A stretch of DNA of 17,384 nt from a virus (lineage: Duplodnaviria; Heunggongvirae; Uroviricota; Caudoviricetes). Under the pieces are notes generated by a model that worked only from the letters and a program-made list of their open reading frames with translations, was not told where the DNA came from and did no database searches. Below, piece by piece: positions 14,218-17,384 of this stretch (positions are counted from its first letter, which is position 1; the number at the start of each line of letters is the position of its first letter). Made by a program: the position numbers and the translations under genes. Location of the stretch: the IMG/VR virus record IMGVR_UViG_2657244971_000001. One strand, given 5' to 3'.

Positions 14218-14714
14218 TGCCTCCATCATTACGAAAAGCCGTTGCTGCTGCTATTGGTGGCGGAGCAATTGCTATAGCATCAGTGTTAATCACTGGCCCA
14301 AGTGGTAACGATGGTCTGGAAGGTGTCAGCTACATACCATACAAAGATATCGTTGGCGTATGGACTGTATGTCACGGGCATACAGGAAAAGACATCATTC
14401 CCGGTAAAACGTATACCGAAGCAGAATGCAAAGCCCTCCTGAATAAAGACCTTGCCACGGTAGCCAGACAAATTAACCCGTACATCAAAGTCGATATACC
14501 GGAAACAACGCGCGGCGCTCTTTACTCGTTCGTCTATAACGTGGGCGCAGGCAATTTCAGAACATCTACTCTTCTTCGCAAAATAAACCAGGGCGATATC
14601 AAGGGCGCATGTGACCAGCTACGTCGCTGGGCATACGCTGGCGGTAAGCAATGGAAAGGCCTGATGACTCGTCGTGAGATTGAGCGTGAGGTCTGTTTGT
14701 GGGGGCAACAATGA
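14217..14714 (+). CDS. rrrD: SAR endolysin (signal-anchor-release lysozyme, R21 / RrrD type)
   Basis: 165-aa ORF with Gly/Ala-rich N-terminal SAR helix ([20 protein letters not shown]) followed by a lysozyme domain; start overlaps the holin stop by 1 nt. Confidence 0.9.
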   Translation: MPPSLRKAVAAAIGGGAIAIASVLITGPSGNDGLEGVSYIPYKDIVGVWTVCHGHTGKDIIPGKTYTEAECKALLNKDLATVARQINPYIKVDIPETTRGALYSFVYNVGAGNFRTSTLLRKINQGDIKGACDQLRRWAYAGGKQWKGLMTRREIEREVCLWGQQ

Positions 14715-15175
14715 GCAGGGTAACCGCGATTATCTCCGCTCTGGTTATCTGCATCATCGTCTGCCTGTCATGGGCTGTTAATCATTACCGTGATAATGCA
14801 ATCGCCTACAAAGAACAGCGCGATAACAAGGCCAGTGAACTGGAGAAGGCGAACGCCACCATTACTGACATGCAGATGCGTCAGCGTGATGTTGCTGCGC
14901 TCGATGCAAAATACACGAAGGAGTTAGCTGATGCGAAAGCTGAAAATGATGTTCTGCGTGATGATGTTGCCGCTGGTCGTCGTCGGTTGCACATCAAAGC
15001 AGTCTGTCAGTCAGTGCGTGAAGCCACCACCGCCTCCGGCGTGGATAATGCAGCCTCCCCCCGACTGGCAGACACCGCTGAACGGGATTATTTCACCCTC
15101 CGGGAACGACTGGTAATGATGCAGGCCCAACTTGAAGGTGCTCAGCAATACATAACCGAGCAGTGTTTAAAGTAA
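14711..15175 (+). CDS. rzpD: Rz inner-membrane spanin (i-spanin)
   Basis: N-terminal TM helix followed by a coiled-coil-rich periplasmic domain; ATG at 14711 overlaps the endolysin stop. Confidence 0.85.
   Translation: MSRVTAIISALVICIIVCLSWAVNHYRDNAIAYKEQRDNKASELEKANATITDMQMRQRDVAALDAKYTKELADAKAENDVLRDDVAAGRRRLHIKAVCQSVREATTASGVDNAASPRLADTAERDYFTLRERLVMMQAQLEGAQQYITEQCLK
14931..15116 (+). CDS. rzoD: Rz1 outer-membrane lipoprotein spanin (o-spanin), embedded in the +1 frame of Rz
   Basis: 61-aa ORF with lipobox (VVGC) and proline-rich mature segment ([16 protein letters not shown]); the embedded Rz/Rz1 architecture is classic. Confidence 0.8.
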   Translation: MRKLKMMFCVMMLPLVVVGCTSKQSVSQCVKPPPPPAWIMQPPPDWQTPLNGIISPSGNDW

Positions 15176-15312
15176 AATCTTAACTACAATATGATTCATT
15201 TTGATGATTGTTTCATAAGGAACAGTGAAGTAAGATCTAAGAGGAGTTAAATTTTATACAGTATAATCATAATATTGCAGCAAGGTGGTTATAATTGAAA
15301 GAATATTTAGAT

Positions 15313-16770
15313 ATGAATACATCTCATGTAAGAGTTGTTACTCATATGTGTGGGTTCCTGGTTTGGCTCTATAGTCTTTCAATGTTGCCACCAATGGTTG
15401 TAGCATTGTTTTATAAAGAAAAAAGCCTGTTCGTTTTCTTTATAACTTTCGTTATATTTTTTTGCATTGGTGGCGGAGCGTGGTATACAACTAAGAAATC
15501 TGGCATTCAATTACGTACCCGTGATGGGTTTATTATAATTGTAATGTTTTGGATTTTGTTTTCTGTTATTAGTGCATTCCCTTTATGGATTGACTCAGAA
15601 CTTAATTTAACGTTCATTGATGCTCTGTTTGAAGGGGTTTCTGGAATAACAACAACAGGAGCAACTGTAATTGATGATGTTAGTTCATTACCTCGGGCAT
15701 ATTTGTACTATCGGTCACAGTTAAATTTTATAGGTGGTTTAGGAGTTATTGTTCTGGCGGTTGCTGTATTGCCATTATTGGGTATTGGTGGTGCAAAGCT
15801 TTATCAGTCAGAAATGCCGGGGCCATTTAAGGATGACAAACTCACTCCCCGCCTGGCCGATACGTCACGGACACTGTGGATAACTTATTCTTTATTAGGT
15901 ATTGCTTGTATTGTCTGTTATAGACTTGCAGGAATGCCTTTGTTTGATGCTATTTGTCACGGGATTTCCACAGTTTCGCTTGGTGGTTTCTCAACTCATA
16001 GCGAGAGTATCGGATATTTTAATAACTATTTGGTTGAGCTGGTGGCTGGTTCTTTTTCCCTGCTATCGGCTTTCAACTTCACTCTTTGGTATATTGTTAT
16101 TAGCAGGAAAACGATAAAACCTTTAATCAGAGATATTGAACTTCGTTTCTTTCTGTTAATAGCCTTAGGGGTGATCATTGTTACCTCTTTCCAGGTCTGG
16201 CATATAGGTATGTATGACTTGCATGGAAGTTTTATTCATTCGTTTTTTCTTGCCAGTTCCATGCTCACTGATAATGGTTTAGCTACGCAGGATTATGCAA
16301 GTTGGCCCACGCACACGATAGTGTTTTTGCTGTTGTCAAGTTTCTTTGGGGGATGTATAGGTTCAACTTGTGGTGGAATTAAGTCACTTCGATTTCTTAT
16401 ACTTTTCAAACAAAGCAAACACGAGATAAATCAGCTTTCTCATCCCAGAGCGTTGTTGAGTGTAAATGTAGGAGGGAAGATAGTTACAGATCGTGTAATG
16501 AGGTCTGTATGGAGTTTCTTTTTTCTTTATACTCTCTTCACGGTGTTTTTTATACTGGTGTTAAATGGTATGGGATATGATTTTCTTACATCATTTGCAA
16601 CAGTGGCTGCATGTATTAATAATATGGGATTAGGTTTTGGGGCTACTGCATCGTCATTCGGAGTGCTTAATGACATTGCAAAATGTTTAATGTGCATAGC
16701 TATGATTCTTGGTCGCCTTGAAATTTATCCTGTTATTATATTGTTTTCAGGTTTTTTTTGGCGCTCCTAA
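15313..16770 (+). CDS. trkG: TrkH/TrkG-family potassium uptake membrane protein (Rac prophage TrkG-like moron)
   Basis: 485 codons from ATG 15313 (the ORF track starts at an upstream TTG); polytopic membrane protein matching E. coli TrkG as recalled; AT-rich; sits directly after Rz/Rz1, as in Rac. Confidence 0.9.
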   Translation: MNTSHVRVVTHMCGFLVWLYSLSMLPPMVVALFYKEKSLFVFFITFVIFFCIGGGAWYTTKKSGIQLRTRDGFIIIVMFWILFSVISAFPLWIDSELNLTFIDALFEGVSGITTTGATVIDDVSSLPRAYLYYRSQLNFIGGLGVIVLAVAVLPLLGIGGAKLYQSEMPGPFKDDKLTPRLADTSRTLWITYSLLGIACIVCYRLAGMPLFDAICHGISTVSLGGFSTHSESIGYFNNYLVELVAGSFSLLSAFNFTLWYIVISRKTIKPLIRDIELRFFLLIALGVIIVTSFQVWHIGMYDLHGSFIHSFFLASSMLTDNGLATQDYASWPTHTIVFLLLSSFFGGCIGSTCGGIKSLRFLILFKQSKHEINQLSHPRALLSVNVGGKIVTDRVMRSVWSFFFLYTLFTVFFILVLNGMGYDFLTSFATVAACINNMGLGFGATASSFGVLNDIAKCLMCIAMILGRLEIYPVIILFSGFFWRS

Positions 16771-16907
16771 TATATGGCTGATTTATAATTGTGAGTTTAA
16801 TATTATGTTGACTCACTCATTGATCCAATACCTAACTTTACCAGCAACCCCTCCGTCCCCAGTAGCACTGGCTGCTGGGGTGCGTTTTATTCATAAAGCA
16901 AGGCTGT

Positions 16908-17384
16908 ATGAGCGAGAAATTAAAGATAGTCTATCGCCCATTACAAGAATTGTCACCGTATGCGCACAACGCCAGGACGCACAGTACTGAGCAGGTGGCA
17001 CAACTGGTAGAAAGTATTAAGCAATTCGGCTGGACTAATCCGGTGCTGATTGACGAAAAGGGCGAAATTATTGCGGGTCACGGTCGTGTTATGGCGGCTG
17101 AAATGCTCAAAATGGATTCTGTTCCGGTCATTGTTCTGTCTGGCCTGACGGATGAGCAGAAAAAGGCGTACCGCCTGGCAGATAATCGCCTGCCGATGAA
17201 TGCTGGCTGGGATGAAGATCTGTTGCGGATGGAGCTGTCGGACCTAATCAATGCTGATTTTGATGTCTCCCTGACAGGCTTCATCCCGACAGAAATTGAT
17301 GAACTGTTGACGGATGTTTTGCCCGGTATGCGTGGCTGGACGATTAAGGGCAAACCTGCCAGTGGTCGGGCCGTATTGTCTCAG
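16908..17384 (+). CDS. ParB-like nuclease-domain protein, 5' part only (open to the window edge; possibly the N-terminal domain of a phage ParB-methyltransferase)
   Basis: Manually translated open frame MSEKLKIVYRPLQELSPYAHNARTHSTEQVAQLVESIKQFGWTNPVLIDEKGEIIAGHGRVMAAEML... with no stop before position 17384; absent from the ORF track because it is incomplete. Confidence 0.65.
   Translation, partial: MSEKLKIVYRPLQELSPYAHNARTHSTEQVAQLVESIKQFGWTNPVLIDEKGEIIAGHGRVMAAEMLKMDSVPVIVLSGLTDEQKKAYRLADNRLPMNAGWDEDLLRMELSDLINADFDVSLTGFIPTEIDELLTDVLPGMRGWTIKGKPASGRAVLSQ

Larger units (their letters stand above)
1331..17384. mobile_element. Lambda-related (lambdoid) prophage, left portion; extends beyond the right edge of the window; apparently defective (no N / cI / cro / O / P found)
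   Basis: attL followed by int-xis-ea-red genes, nin region, Q, lysis cassette; no attR within the window. Confidence 0.9.

Noticed and set aside
14286-14471. Minus-strand 61-aa ORF inside the endolysin gene
   Set aside because: Antisense to a well-supported endolysin ORF.
15902-16990. Plus-strand ORFs of 71 aa (inside trkG, alternative frame) and 93 aa (spanning the trkG end and ParB-like start)
   Set aside because: Alternative-frame overlaps; the 93-aa frame is out of frame with the ParB-like gene, which has the better start context and domain content.
17078-17353. Minus-strand 91-aa ORF
   Set aside because: Antisense to the ParB-like open frame; Ser/Arg-rich shadow ORF.
1-17384. CRISPR arrays, IS elements/transposases, rRNA genes
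   Set aside because: No spaced direct-repeat arrays, no transposase-like ORFs or terminal inverted repeats flanking the cargo, and no rRNA-like sequence were seen; the cargo insertions therefore cannot be attributed to a recognisable IS from sequence inspection alone.

Overview
The window covers the chromosomal gene ybhC and the left ~16 kb of a lambda-related prophage integrated at attB-lambda (attL core GCTTTTTTATACTAA at 1331-1345). The prophage left arm (int, xis, orf55, ea8.5, ea22, orf73, orf61/63/60a, exo) reads like phage lambda itself. The red region, however, carries an in-frame gam'-'bet chimera, and the whole kil-N-cI-cro-O-P segment is missing. In its place sits an AT-rich, oppositely oriented ~660-codon SIR2-family gene, a candidate NAD-depleting anti-phage defence protein with an unassigned helical C-terminal half, followed by a lysine-rich micro-ORF and a strong terminator. 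This is the most interesting candidate for an undescribed system. Downstream is a DLP12/phage-21-like nin-Q-lysis block (ninB-like, ninE, ybcO, rusA, ylcG, Q, pinholin, SAR endolysin, Rz/Rz1) with moron cargo between Q and the holin (Blc-like lipocalin, DUF523/DUF1722 protein, AT-rich AraC-family regulator). A Rac-like trkG potassium transporter and the start of a ParB-like gene cut by the window edge follow. No rRNA, tRNA, CRISPR array or IS element was recognised. All homology calls rest on recalled protein sequences and motif inspection, not on a database search; base-composition statements are by eye.
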